Under the pieces are notes generated by a model, which saw only the letters and a list, made by a program, of their open reading frames with translations, was not told the DNA's origin and did not search any database. This document shows, piece after piece, positions 51,977 to 64,000 of a stretch of 64,000 nt of DNA. The translations under genes were made by a program, and so were the position numbers. This DNA comes from Trichoplax sp. H2. Lineage: Eukaryota. Every line of letters starts with the position of its first letter. Positions within the stretch are counted from its first letter, which is position 1. The DNA lies in assembly GCA_003344405.1 (NCBI GenBank), contig NOWV01000241.1:1-64000 (forward strand). Reading direction: 5' to 3'.

Positions 51977-54900
51977 ATGGCCGATGTTGGTCCTGGTGGT
52001 GGAATGGAAAGAGACGACGGTGACGACGGTAATTATAACAAGATAAATAATATTACAGTACAGTAATCGCGTATAGATAGATGCCATCATGTTCAACGTT
52101 TTCACATGTTAAATACTACAGTTGTACTGTACATCTACTCAATACCGGTTGGACAGTATGCGCTCTTTGATCGAGAAATGTACTCGTATACGCGTATTGT
52201 TAGTGTTTGACGAAAGTCAATTTAATCTCATCTATCATAAGTGTTGATTGTAGAATAGCTTGGTAGTCAATTTATAATTAATACCATACTTTCGTACAGA
52301 TTTATGTCCAATTTTCATGTTAGAAACATTTGGACAACGTTCATACATGTTTATATATTAGACTAATTTACTACATTTTCTATGCAGGAGGTCGCGGTGA
52401 ACAATTAAAACGCTCAGCTGATATTGATAACTATGATGAAGCGAAGAATAAGAGGGCTAAAACAGATGATTCCGATGTGGAAATTAGCGCCAGAGTTTTA
52501 ATCCAGAGTCGGGTTAGTCGATTATGCTTTAATTGACGGATTAATGAATAAAAATCGTCTCCATTTTGAAGCGAATCGCTTTCGCATCATGTGATGAAAT
52601 TTTGTTTTAAAATAATAACAATAAATTACATAGTTTAAGCGAAATAAATATCTTGTAAATTGCATAGTAGCTATTGTCATTCAGTTATGTCCCGCGAAAT
52701 TGAAATTACTATCGCTTGCATTAGTGACAATTGCCGGCACTAGGACTTACTAGACTTACAAATTGCTGCATCATATGACATTGCTAATACCATCAGTAGC
52801 TAAAGAGTACAAACAAATCTTCAATTCAGTAGAGTGTAGCAAGGTCTATAGATTGTCTGCGTAAAAATACGCCTATAGTATACTTTCGCTATTCGTCTTA
52901 CTGTAATTCTTTTTTTACATTGAAATATCGTTTATTGTTTCACTTATAAATTATAATTCAGCTTGATTTGATGTTTTTATCTGTGAAACTTTGACGTTTT
53001 ACAGAGACGTTCATTACAATAACCATAATATGATACTGTACGTACAGTATGTAGCTTTTTATCATAGATTATACTGACCTCTTCAGTTTGCAAAAATTGT
53101 TTTCACTTTCAACTCTACTTTCTAACTTGTAATGGATAGTTAGTACTTTGTAGCACTTTGCTATGACTCTGTGATGGTAAGGTAAAGCAGCATCCAATAT
53201 TTACTTATTGATTATCCGTATTTATCATTTATGATTTAATTACTGTGATCATCTCAAGTATGTATAGAGATATGTAACTGTTACTTTTTACGTAAGTTAA
53301 GTTCGCCTTACGAATGTAGTGAGTGATTGTTAATCTTAATTAATAACGTATCGATAATACTTAATATGTTATTTCGTTTAGGATGCTGGCGGGATTATTG
53401 GCAAGGTACGTAAATTAAGAAAGACTGGAATGTTATGCCCATTGTGCTAATAGATATTTGCACAAAGCCATGGAATTATATGGCTATTCACTGGGATGAT
53501 TGCTAGCATTTTCGTTATAAATAACTTGCAGCCGTAAAATCTTGGAAGAAATTCGGCGCTTTAATGCTATAGAGAAAATTGCTGACGTAATATATTCTTG
53601 GCTAACTCAGATGCTTATTAATTACCGTATACATTCCATATATAGGGTGGTCTGACTATTAAACGTCTTCGTAGTGAGGTTAGTTAACTGTAAATAAATA
53701 TATTTTCGTGTTTGCTCATTGCTCTTTCAAGATAGATAAATCTGTCCTAACTGATTCTTCCTAATGCCAACAATCTCCACCCTAACAGATAAAAGTAGTC
53801 TGTGTAATTAGTTATATTCGTTATTTGGAGACTTATGATGGCTAAGCTTCTACTATAGTCGTGATGATATCCAGTTTTGATATCCCTTACTGGTATTGTT
53901 TTGTATTGTCAGTGATACTTCTCATTTACGTGATTGCATTACTTTATAATGATTCTAATATTAACAGTCGCTGGCATTGTACTCTCTTGAAGTATATTGT
54001 TTCATAACCTTAGAATTTAGGTCCTTGCGCTTTGTGAGCATCATGGGCTTAATAATTTTCAGTATAAATTTTAAAAATTACTTTACTCAGTGCACTTGTG
54101 AGTTGTGACTGCTTGATGACGTATTTCATCTGTAGTACTCTACTTTATGTAAGTAAATTTATACCTCACTTAAAGCTATACTTGTTAAATTCAATATTTC
54201 TCACTGTACAGTATGTTAAAATTAAAAAAAATTTTATGTATTCGAAAGTTTGCTCTATATTCCCCATATTGGAATCCTATTCTATCGTAGTACTGTCCTC
54301 ACCCTAGAATTATGCTAGATATTATCCGAATCTTAATCCTATGTTAACCTGTCCTATTCCAGTATAATGCTGTGGTATCAGTGCCCGAATCACATTCCAC
54401 CGAGCGGTATGTCCCTATCTCCTTCCACTCTAATGTCATTGGTTATATGGTTTAAATTTATTTATGCTAAGCGATTTACTTTGTATAATTATGTTTATAA
54501 GTTAATAAATATAGCAATGTAGACTACAAACAAGGATGTTCTTGAAAGTGATATAAAAGACGATTTTTCATTGCTGCCAAAAATTTACAACCTATTCGAC
54601 CAGTACCAGTAATAGCATTGGAAAATGCCCTTAAAGCCTCTTGTAGCAATTTTCCTATACGTTAGACTACTATCGATCTTGTTCAATACGTTACTTTTAT
54701 ACAGATATTTGAGAACCTGTATCGAAATATAAGTGTTATCTACGGATACTTAGTCATATTTAATTTGCAAGGTATAACATTAACATATATTTTTATCTTT
54801 TATTTTAGAATATTGACAATCAAGGCTGGTTTAAAGAATGTATTGTCTATATTTCATGAAGTTATCCCGAAACTTGGCGATGTATGAACATTAATTATGG

Positions 54901-56778
54901 CATTGTTTCAATGGAGAAATATTAATGTTGTATTTTTTATTAACATCAATCAACAGTATCGTGATCGCCCTGCTGATTCGGATAATTATCAGACAGAGGT
55001 CAATTTATTAGTACAGCAATCGCAAGTTGGTGGTATTATTGGTCGTGCTGGCTTTAAAATTAAAGAATTACGTCAGGTTAGTGTTGCAACTTCGTCGATT
55101 GTTTCGGTTGTATAGATTGACCTTGGGTAAATAATCAAATCTTGCAAGCACTAATTATTGTATTATTGTGTAGGAAACAAATGCTGGTATCAAGGTAAAA
55201 TTATGAGATACCTTTTCTAAGGCTAGGTCGACGTTTTTAGAGACCGTGGCATTTTTTGCTTAAATCAGTTCTTGCAATCATAGATATTTGCAGATACAAT
55301 GCCGCGTTCAACCGAAAGAGTTGTCTCTATTACAGGTATGATTATAACGAATGTTATGTAATAATTGTACGCACACAGACATTGGCGTCCTATATTGCTA
55401 ACGTATGGTGGATTAAATTTTAGGTACTCCAGCTACGATTGTGAAAGCTATTCAGTCTATTTTGGAAATTCTTTTAGAGGTAATTTGAGAAGTTTGAATA
55501 CCGTAATTTGGAAAATATTCTAAGTGTAGATTATTTTATTTCGCTTATGAAATTAGTCGCCACCCAAGGGGCGCGTAGATCTTTATGATCCTGATAATAA
55601 TTTATCACGAGGAGGTAGCAATTATCGAGATAATCGTTACCGTGATAATCAAATGCCACCAGCTAGTAGTAGTCGTGGATCGGATTGGCGATCTGAAGGC
55701 GATTATGATCGCCCTTACGACTACCCAAGAGGCCGAGGCAGAGATTACGATCGTGACAGCCGCAGTGGACCAGCCCGAAGGGGACGTCCACAATCAAATT
55801 GGGATTCTGATCCAAGATACCCTAATTACAGACGAGAACCTTCAAGTAGATATCCACCTATATCAGGTAGTCCTGAACATGGTCGACGTTATCCTAGGGA
55901 TGATAGGGGTTATGAACGCGATTACGAACCAAGAGATAGACCGTTTTATGGAAGGGATTTTCAGGACTCCCCTCATCAACCACCGATGGATTATGGGCAC
56001 GAGCCAGTTTCGGTAAGACCTTGTAGTGTACTATGGACGCCATTAACTTCTCAAAGTCTGCGCGGTTACATTAACATTGGCTGAATACATATTTGTTGCA
56101 TGCAATTGTAATTTATGCTTGATGGTCTATTTTTAATAGCATCAGCCAAAAGAACCAGCAGAAAGGCCAGTGTATGGAGGTATGTAACTTTACCATGAAC
56201 TGTACAATTAATACTTGCATTTGAGGTATGATACTGACTTCTTTATCTGCTCATATTAAAGGCGATAGTCGTCGACAAGAGAAAGGACCAGCGACAGTAC
56301 AAGTATCTATACCTAAAGATGTAAGAGATAACTTCCATGCTAAACTTTCAATTACCTTTATTGACTCGTAATTTCGATAAATAGTTAGCAGGTTCTATAA
56401 TTGGGAAAGGAGGTACCCGCATTCGTGATGTCAGGTATACTTAACTTTAAAATTTTACCACAAAAATTTTTATGAATTCATCCAGATATGTGTTGTGGTG
56501 TATTTATCACTAAAATCTCTAATTTGGGTCTTATTTAGAGAAAGGAGCGGAGCTATGATTAAGATTGATGATGCCAGACCTGGTGAAGATTATCGGGTAA
56601 TCACTATTTCTGGCGGTAAAGATCAGATTGATGAAGCTCATGGTTTGTTACAAGATTGGTAGGTTCAATGAGCTGCGACAGTTCCTTTTTAGTAGTTATA
56701 GTAGTGGCCTTACGGAGGCTATGTACTCACGAAAAATCTAATTTTAGTGTTAGGCAATATTCTGGGAAACAATTTTGA
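51977..56778 (+). CDS. HNRNPK: hnRNP K-like three-KH-domain RNA-binding protein (multi-exon)
   Basis: KH1 RVLIQSR|DAGGIIGK|GGLTIKRLRSE|YNAVVSVPES; KH2 LLVQQSQVGGIIGRAGFKIKELRQ|ETNAGIK|IFADTMPRSTERVV; R/G/D/P-rich linker 55557-56012; KH3 VSIPKD|LAGSIIGKGGTRIRDVR...VITISG; C-terminus VRQYSGKQF-TGA (56776-56778). Likely non-coding first exon ~50870-50956. Confidence 0.93.
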
Positions 56779-58618
56779 ATCTCCTATAAAACTGTTAAAG
56801 TTTCAGTTGCCCGATTAAGACTTCGAGAAATATCTAAAGATGGCGATAGTCTGATACCATGGCTTAATTATTCCTATTAAATTCCCTTTTTCGCCGTTAC
56901 CTTTATAGAGTTGCGACTTTTGTGTTCAGGACAGATTTCATTTCGTCGCTTACATAACTGATTGTCTTCACATGTTGGTAAGCTAGGTTAAGGTTGGAGC
57001 CTCAAAGATCACTTAGATACTTGCTGACTGGCATCCTTCCCTGCTGTAGTTTCTATTTTTCTGTACAGTATATAATACATTACAGTAACAATTAATCGAC
57101 ATACTCTTTGTAAGTATGCTTGTGAAGAAATTAATTTATTATTATGTATACGATCGACGATCGTCCTTTGCCCTTGAGTAGCTGATAAAGCTTTGTCTTG
57201 TATGTATCTTAATAGTGATATTATTGCATTGGAAATAAAGCGATGAGTTTACAAACTATTGTTTGCTGTTATGTTTTCGCTAATAAAGACCTTAATACCG
57301 GCATTAGAGTTGTTGTAACGTACTTGCTAAGGTGTATTCATGCATGTCGGTGTTGCTGTTGAATTTTGTTATTATGGCATATTTAGCCTCATTTATAGTA
57401 GTAATTACAGTAATCTCTCTAATGGTACGTGGATGATTGTAGTAACAACCGCATCTATAAATTGAGAATGTCCTGTATTCAAGGTAGAGATCTTTCCTAT
57501 ATTTGGATAGAGTATCAGTGACGCTAACGTATGCAAGCATAATGATTAATCTCTTACTGTCTGATAGCAAGTACAAGTTTATGTGCGTGCCTACAGTATA
57601 CGTAAAAAGAAATTGTAGCGGAAAGTAGATTCTCGATATAATACTATAGAACTAATTCCTTGCACCTCTTAATGAGACCTCCGTTACTTTCTACAGCGAA
57701 TAGCTTTCACCGACGAATTACGGGTGCACGTTTACATTGTAAATTAATTTACTTGTGTCAGAATAAGTATATTGCTTTCATAAATTCGATTCACGATTTA
57801 TAACCTTGCTTAATTAAAGATATAACTTGTCTTGCATTAAGATATTTTATTAGACATTCATATATATATACAAATCATTACAAATTACAGACAATGAGTT
57901 TACATTTTATACATCGTAAATATTTGAAATTTTATAACAATTATATATTATTATGCATACAGTATAACTCCAAATTCTGCGTGAGGTAAATAGTAAAATT
58001 TGCAGTTGCTCTGTTATAAAAATAATCTTCCGTACTCTATTTATTTGTTTTAAATGCTGTAGTTGACAGTAAATATCTAACTGCACTCAGGGAGTGCCGG
58101 AGACGCATAGTACGCTATGTTGCATATTACATTATGATATACTTTGTCAGGATGTACTATATATAATTTTGTCGTAGTTCCGTCATTGACAGGGACGGTT
58201 AATGACGGTGAAGTCAGACTTGTGTAGTTTTAAAGTATCAAAAATGAAGATTATTAAAAATATGATATTACAAATCTATTTGGATCAAGATATAGCCTAT
58301 TAATAATATACATAATAAGTTACATACTGTAACTATTAAATAGATACTAATAAAATAATCACAGTGACATGCATCTGCTGTACGGTTATATAGATTTTAT
58401 CAACACGTATATCACTTTCTTAACGATAACATTACAGTAATACTTGCGTTCTTGAATAATTACAGTACGAATTCTACTTCAAGCTAAACTGGAAATAGAA
58501 TAGAAAATTTTGGATCTATCATGTAGAGAAAATTCTAAATTTTAAAGCAATAAGTTTTCAACACTGATGCAAGGATAATTTACTAAATGTAGTATTACTG
58601 ATTTGTATTAGCGAATCG

Positions 58619-60855
58619 TTATATCACATATTCTTTATTATCTTTAGAATTATGACGGAAGTGGAAATTCACTATGTAATCGATGTTGGTCCGTTGTACA
58701 GATATGGCAAAAGGATAAAATGGATGGAATGTAAATGCTACTAATCTTCTCGCTAATGGAGGCGACTGAACGTCGGGTATTCCGGGGAAAATCTTAAACT
58801 TGAGTAGCCCAGAATCGCGACCGAAAAACCTATAATTTTAAAATATATAAGACTTGTAAAATACAATTGTTTGCGTGATAAGCCATATACTTGTATTTGG
58901 GTATTCTATAGAGCTGCATTAAAATGAGTCAATTTAAATATAATGTCTACTGAAGCGCAAGTATTTGACTTTGATACTTGTACTCGTATATAATATTCTA
59001 TCAATTAAACTAGCACAATTAGCGAAAATATCTTTATAATTCGTTTGTTATTCATATATTGACAGGGTTATTAAAAATGACCAAGTCTACTGATTATACA
59101 AATAGAAAAATTTCTTCCTCTAGAACAACGTTTGTTTATAGCAATGGCTACAGTAACTAGTACATTTATCATTATTGTATATGGTCGTTGTCAAATACCA
59201 TACTTTATGCATTTATTACCCTAACACTAATATTAGTGAGTAAAAGGCAGAGAAAGTCGATGTTAAAACTACCAGTAGTCATTTCCTTTAAATTTCTACT
59301 TCTAACTGACAGTGAGTAGGGGTTAACATTAATTAACTGCAAATTTAATACTGAGTTGTTATACTTACTTTATTGGATGATCACCACATGGTTTTGGTCT
59401 CTCCAACTGCGATATCCATTTATCATCGAAACTAAATAATGAAAGATCTAAGTATGGGCTACTACTAAATGATTGAGCGCTTATAGGCAATTGAGCCAGC
59501 AGCCTTTTAACCGCTTCTATATGACCACCATATTTAGCACTAACAATAGTATCTTTAAAACGACGGAGTAATTGCCTTGCATGGAGATTATTTGAAGCAC
59601 TGCTTGTAAAGGGGATTGCTAAATGTAATTGAGCATTGCGGAATTGATCACAAAATTCTTCAAAAAGGCGTAACAATAATTCGGAAGTATTTTCAAATAC
59701 CGCTATTACTTTGGTCGATTTGGTATTATAAATGACAAATAAAGATGGTTGAGCATTTGGATCCATGACACGCATGGTGACTACATCTTCATTGGCATAT
59801 TTAATTAATAGATGCTCTTCATCTAACATTTGCATTTTCCACATTCTTAAAGCACAAAAGTAAATGTAATGCTTATAAAATCTTCTCAATCCATCAGGTC
59901 CTTCTTGATTAGCTTTTCTCCACAGATAAGTTAATAGGCGATGTTTTAATGAGTTAATGGAGGTATCACAAAAAGGTCTGTCCCTACGTTGAGGACGAGT
60001 TGAGGCAGTTGTATTGGACTGATAGTGATGACTGGTTATATTTGCTGATAGAGCAGATAAAGCTAGCTCGTCATCATCAAAACAAAATCGACCAATAGTA
60101 CGAATATCGATCAAGAGGCCATGCTTAGTTACTTGAAAGATGTGAATGGTTTGTTGTTGAACCGATAAAACAGTTAGAATATCTTTATATAAATACAAGC
60201 CTTGATTATGGGATAGATAGATTTTATCATAACGGAATGTTTTCTGATCACAGTGGCGACCAGTTTGTAAATCAACGATATGGATGGTGTAATGTTCCAA
60301 TGGAGAGCGCACATTCGGAAAAACAGATTCATTACTTCGATAAATATCATAAAAATAAGGGCTTGGATCTTCCGGTACTGCAATTGCAGAACATACAATT
60401 ACATATCGGCTATCGTCTGTGTATAAGCTGCATTCTCGATTGAGTAATTCTCCATTACTGGTGACAGTAGTAATAAATTGGCGCTTAAAAAATACATCAA
60501 ATATTTTACTACGTAAATAGGCTGCGTCCACGTTGGCATGGAGTAATGATTCTGCAGCACTTGGGCCTTGAAATTGATAAATTTCAACGGATTTTTGATC
60601 TAGTGAGAAAGCAATAAATGAATTGCCATCGGGTGAAAATTTACGCATAAAACATAATCGTTTTTCTACATCAACCACAGTAAAATTCGGGCATATATTC
60701 TGATACAACGAGCGAGTTTGGTACCAATTTGTCCCTGGCGATGCTTGATTGCATTGTCGTTGATGTAATTTCCAGACAATATTTTGAATTGGTAGACGAC
60801 GAGGACGAAAAGGTCGTTCGCTTTCATGGAGTTTGTGTTTCTTCTCCGCTTCCAT
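58619..60855 (-). CDS. DET1: De-etiolated 1 (DET1), two exons (60855-59369, 58829-58619)
   Basis: [73 protein letters not shown]. Exon 2 reads [13 protein letters not shown]...[22 protein letters not shown]...VNFHFRH. Confidence 0.96.
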
Positions 60856-61165
60856 AGATGGAATAATGGACTATCTACTCATCGATATAGCAATTCATCG
60901 ATTGAATCACTTCATTGACTTGGTTCAAAGTGATGAAAATTCGATTAAACTTGGTTAGCTAATTCATTTGGCGAGGAGATCTAGCTCATCGTTTATGGTG
61001 GCAGGCGATTTTGAATGGAGTGCGTGCGTTGTCAATGGTTGCAGAGTCTGATGGCAAGCGTGCAAAATGAGTTGTCACCTAATTGTCTCCCCACTATTGT
61101 GCTATAGGCTATATTACGGATACAGAACAGAAAGTTAGGGTGACAACCTGGTATGCTCGCAGCAG

Positions 61166-61340
61166 ACCGTACAGTACAGTACTACAGTACACTACTCTAC
61201 AGTACAGTACTGTACTGATAGTACTGTAGTTCTGGACACGTCAAAGACTACGGAAAGACGGAAAGTGATGATCCTAAAAGTAGGAAGCCGACTATTTTGC
61301 TACTCATTTTGACTGCACCGTATGTCTGTAGCTGTACACT
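61166..61340. repeat. ACTGT/ACAGT mosaic in the DET1/HERC1 divergent region
   Basis: ccgtacagtacagtactacagtac...cagtacagtactgtactg (18-bp palindrome at 61200-61217). Confidence 0.85.
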
Positions 61341-61491
61341 ATACTATCAAAAATTGGCAATCAAGATTAACAGTATGGACGCTTTCAGTGGTCCACGTTA
61401 TAAAGAGTGATGGGAAAAGTGATCAGCCTGATTCTTTTTTGGATCTGTAGTTAGCGCTGTCATGGACCACTAGAAGAAATACAGTAAACAC

Positions 61492-61640
61492 TGAAAAGTC
61501 CATCCGTCCAAGGAGAGTGTCCGGATACTGTACTCGGTGTCCTCTATGCTATCAGACAGACGGACTTTTCCAACTGGATGAGACCGAAAATGTCGAAAAA
61601 TAGTTACTCAGTATGGATCTTCCATCTCTGTTTTCTAAAT
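61492..61640. repeat. Dispersed element with internal inverted repeat, homologous to 50111-50257 (possible transposon-end remnant)
   Basis: gacggacttttc...aatgtcgaaaaatagtt...gatcttcc is shared with 50128-50241. 61492-61522 is the reverse complement of 50111-50140 with few mismatches. Confidence 0.75.
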
Positions 61641-62995
61641 CATTCGAATTAATTTGAAATAACATTGATGATCTAAAGTTAGTACTTCCAAGCAGAGCTT
61701 AAAAAAAACGTAATATTACTTAATTTAGAAAAAAACCAGTCAATTCAGAATCGACTGTCTGCGTACTAAAGTAAGGTCATAGTGAAGCCCTTGATGAAAT
61801 TAAGTCAAATGTCTGTCCATCCGAAAGGGTACCCAGTCCAGGTATTTCTTGTAGTCATCCATGGCGCTGCCAAGTGATCAAATCGTTTCAAAACAACAAC
61901 ACTAGTAATATAGATGTAACTTATATTTATTGACATATATACTGTACAGTATTTATTATATTATAACATTGTAAGGAAGGATTGTCTCTAGCCATAGGCT
62001 TGCAAAGCCTACGGGCTCTGTACAATCTGCCTTGCAGCAATGCACCTTGCAAATTAGGCGAGTCGCTGCAGCCAGCAAGCTTATTGCCAGCTATCATCAC
62101 AGTTTCATACATCTCTATCTGCTGATGCAGTAGTACGACCAGCAACTACAACAACTGTTCATTTCCAAAAATGTCCAGCCTGACGATTTCGCCGGTCATT
62201 TTTAGCTGTTGTGTTTGCATTAGCTCCCAAATTCTTACCAAGTACTTTGGAGCCAGTCACTCTTGTAGTAGAAAGTCCGTGGCGCTGTACCCTTACTCTT
62301 GTATAGTATTGCACTGGTTGTATGAAACAGTTTTGGCTTACAGTGCTATTATTGATAGAGATGGCAAAAAGAGGAAGAAGGAAGTCCGTCCGACCCGATG
62401 TCTGTCTAGGATGGATTTTAGTATGATACTCTACTGTCTTATTTATGTCTTTGAGGCGATATTAATCCTTATTATAGTTCACCGAGATGAACTGGCGTTC
62501 AGCTAACAGAAAGCTTTACTACTGTTGATATTGCCAGCTCGATTGGGATATTACTAATTGAGTTCAAGTTGTCCTATTATTTATTATTACTCTCTCTCTC
62601 TCTCCACTTGTCTACAGACACAGGCTATTTTAATCATCGTCTTCGCTTACAGGAAACTATTCTTGATACAACCGACGGTATTATCGTCTCGAAAAAGGAG
62701 CTTGATTCAAAGTTGTTGTTATGAGTGATGATGGGTTGCTAGTTTTCACAACATGATGGCTTGTCAGCACAATCCGTTGAGGATAGCATATTATTATTAG
62801 GGTTAAGAAGAGAGGATTTTATTTTACAATTACACATCATAATTACTGATATTTTTTAAGATAATTAAATTATTGTCGATATTGCCGATTTGGATATTAG
62901 ACTATAGAAATTTACATGAAATCAATCAAGCAGCGTGGAGTGTAGTACAATTGAAACTTATCTAAATTCAACCTTAATCATCAATCTGCATCACC

Positions 62996-63973
62996 ATGCA
63001 AGAGAATAGTTGTGAATGGAGTCAAGGCTATCATTTAACGTGGTATGACCATTTGAATGCTGATTGGAGTAATGAAAATATTAGGCTGTTTACATCACGT
63101 CATGGTATTGATGGATTGTTCGACAAATTGGTAACCAACCGTGAGGCCCAAGCAGCCAATCATGACCATCAAAATAGTACTTATAGTGCCTTGCCCACCT
63201 ATGAAAGCAAGACGATCGATCAATCGTTGTTAGTAGACTACCTCAACACTTTAATCCTCAATCAATATCGATTAGTTAAAGCAGTCAATACTCAGTTGCC
63301 ATTTACGACTTATCTTCGCAAACGATTAATTATCCTACAACGATTATATCATGCCAACTTTTATCGATATTATAGCCAAGACAAGCCTCTCTTACAAAGT
63401 GTTGCAGCAGCGTCGTCGACACATTCCAGTGGTCCGACAAGAGGGCCTGATCCATCCAATTCTCTTTATCGCCCATCGACTTCAGCCATAACCAATCTTG
63501 CTACAACTGGACAATCGCAAGGAGTCAATTTATTAATTGAAGTGGGTGTCAAGACTGGTATCAATGTCATATTTATGCTATTAAAACAGTCATGGTTGAA
63601 TGATGCCAAGAGTAGTACTTATTGGAATCAACTTCTTTCAACCGCTTTACAAACGTTAATGTTGATGCCTCCGTTAAGTTTAGCTAGTGAGCCCAAATTA
63701 CCTAGATTAGCTCAAGACACTTTAAATAGCGTCGTTGAATTTTTGACATCATCGCTACAAGCTGATTCCGGTAATACTTTTGAAGGTCGACAAATAGCCA
63801 TTGAATTATTATTAACCATTGCAATACAGAAAGGCTCTCTTGGTGCTATTCTCAATTGGATACAATTAGCATTATCGTTAGCTAATTCTCCTCATCCTTT
63901 GCCTCAAGACCAACCCATGGCTATCCATGGCGATCTATTTAATCGTTTATTGCTACAAATTGAAATTGGCAAT
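62996..63973 (+). CDS. HERC1: First coding exon of giant HECT E3 ligase HERC1 (gene continues beyond window; missing from ORF track because no stop in window)
   Basis: Open frame from ATG 62996: LTWYDHLNADW...LFDKLVTNRE...PFTTYLRKRLIILQR...LIEVGVKTGINVIFMLLKQSW...MPPLSLASEPKLP...GRQIAIELLLTIAIQKGSL, colinear with the HERC1 N-terminus. Phase-0 donor GTAAG at 63974. Confidence 0.88.
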
Positions 63974-64000
63974 GTAAGATATTCTAATATAAATATCGGT

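Noticed and set aside
58178..58212. 11-bp hairpin ccgtcattgac/gttaatgacgg between HNRNPK and DET1 3' ends
   Set aside because: Too short for a pre-miRNA; no SECIS quartet and no in-frame UGA in the neighbouring genes; could be chance.
61071..61147. Inverted pair gttgtcacctaa / ttagggtgacaac upstream of DET1
   Set aside because: Short arms with an indel and no target-site duplication; insufficient to call a MITE.

Overview
AT-rich, gene-dense eukaryotic (animal) DNA with many short (~55-100 nt) GT-AG introns. It is most consistent with a compact early-branching animal such as a placozoan (Trichoplax-like); this is an inference. The supplied ORF track catches only some exons. Manual splicing gives ten protein-coding genes: ARIH1 (+), class I fructose-bisphosphate aldolase (-, intronless), TMEM199/VMA12 (+, intronless), AP-3 beta subunit (-), an EHBP1-type NT-C2 ... 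coiled-coil ... PH gene (+), GATAD2/p66 (-), an intronless NB-ARC/STAND protein with no repeat sensor (-), MAU2 (-), hnRNP K (+) and DET1 (-). The first coding exon of an eleventh gene, HERC1 (+), runs to the right edge. Genes alternate head-to-head and tail-to-tail almost perfectly. The most striking non-coding signal is a mosaic of ACTGT/ACAGT and ACACTGT/ACAGTGT units that flip orientation and form many GTAC-centred palindromes. It is concentrated in six upstream/divergent-promoter regions and is not seen as dense arrays in gene bodies, in convergent 3' gaps or upstream of the NB-ARC gene. Paralogous repeat copies show these units present in one copy and absent from another, suggesting a promoter-localised sequence-generating process. 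No rRNA, tRNA, CRISPR array or transposase was recognised.
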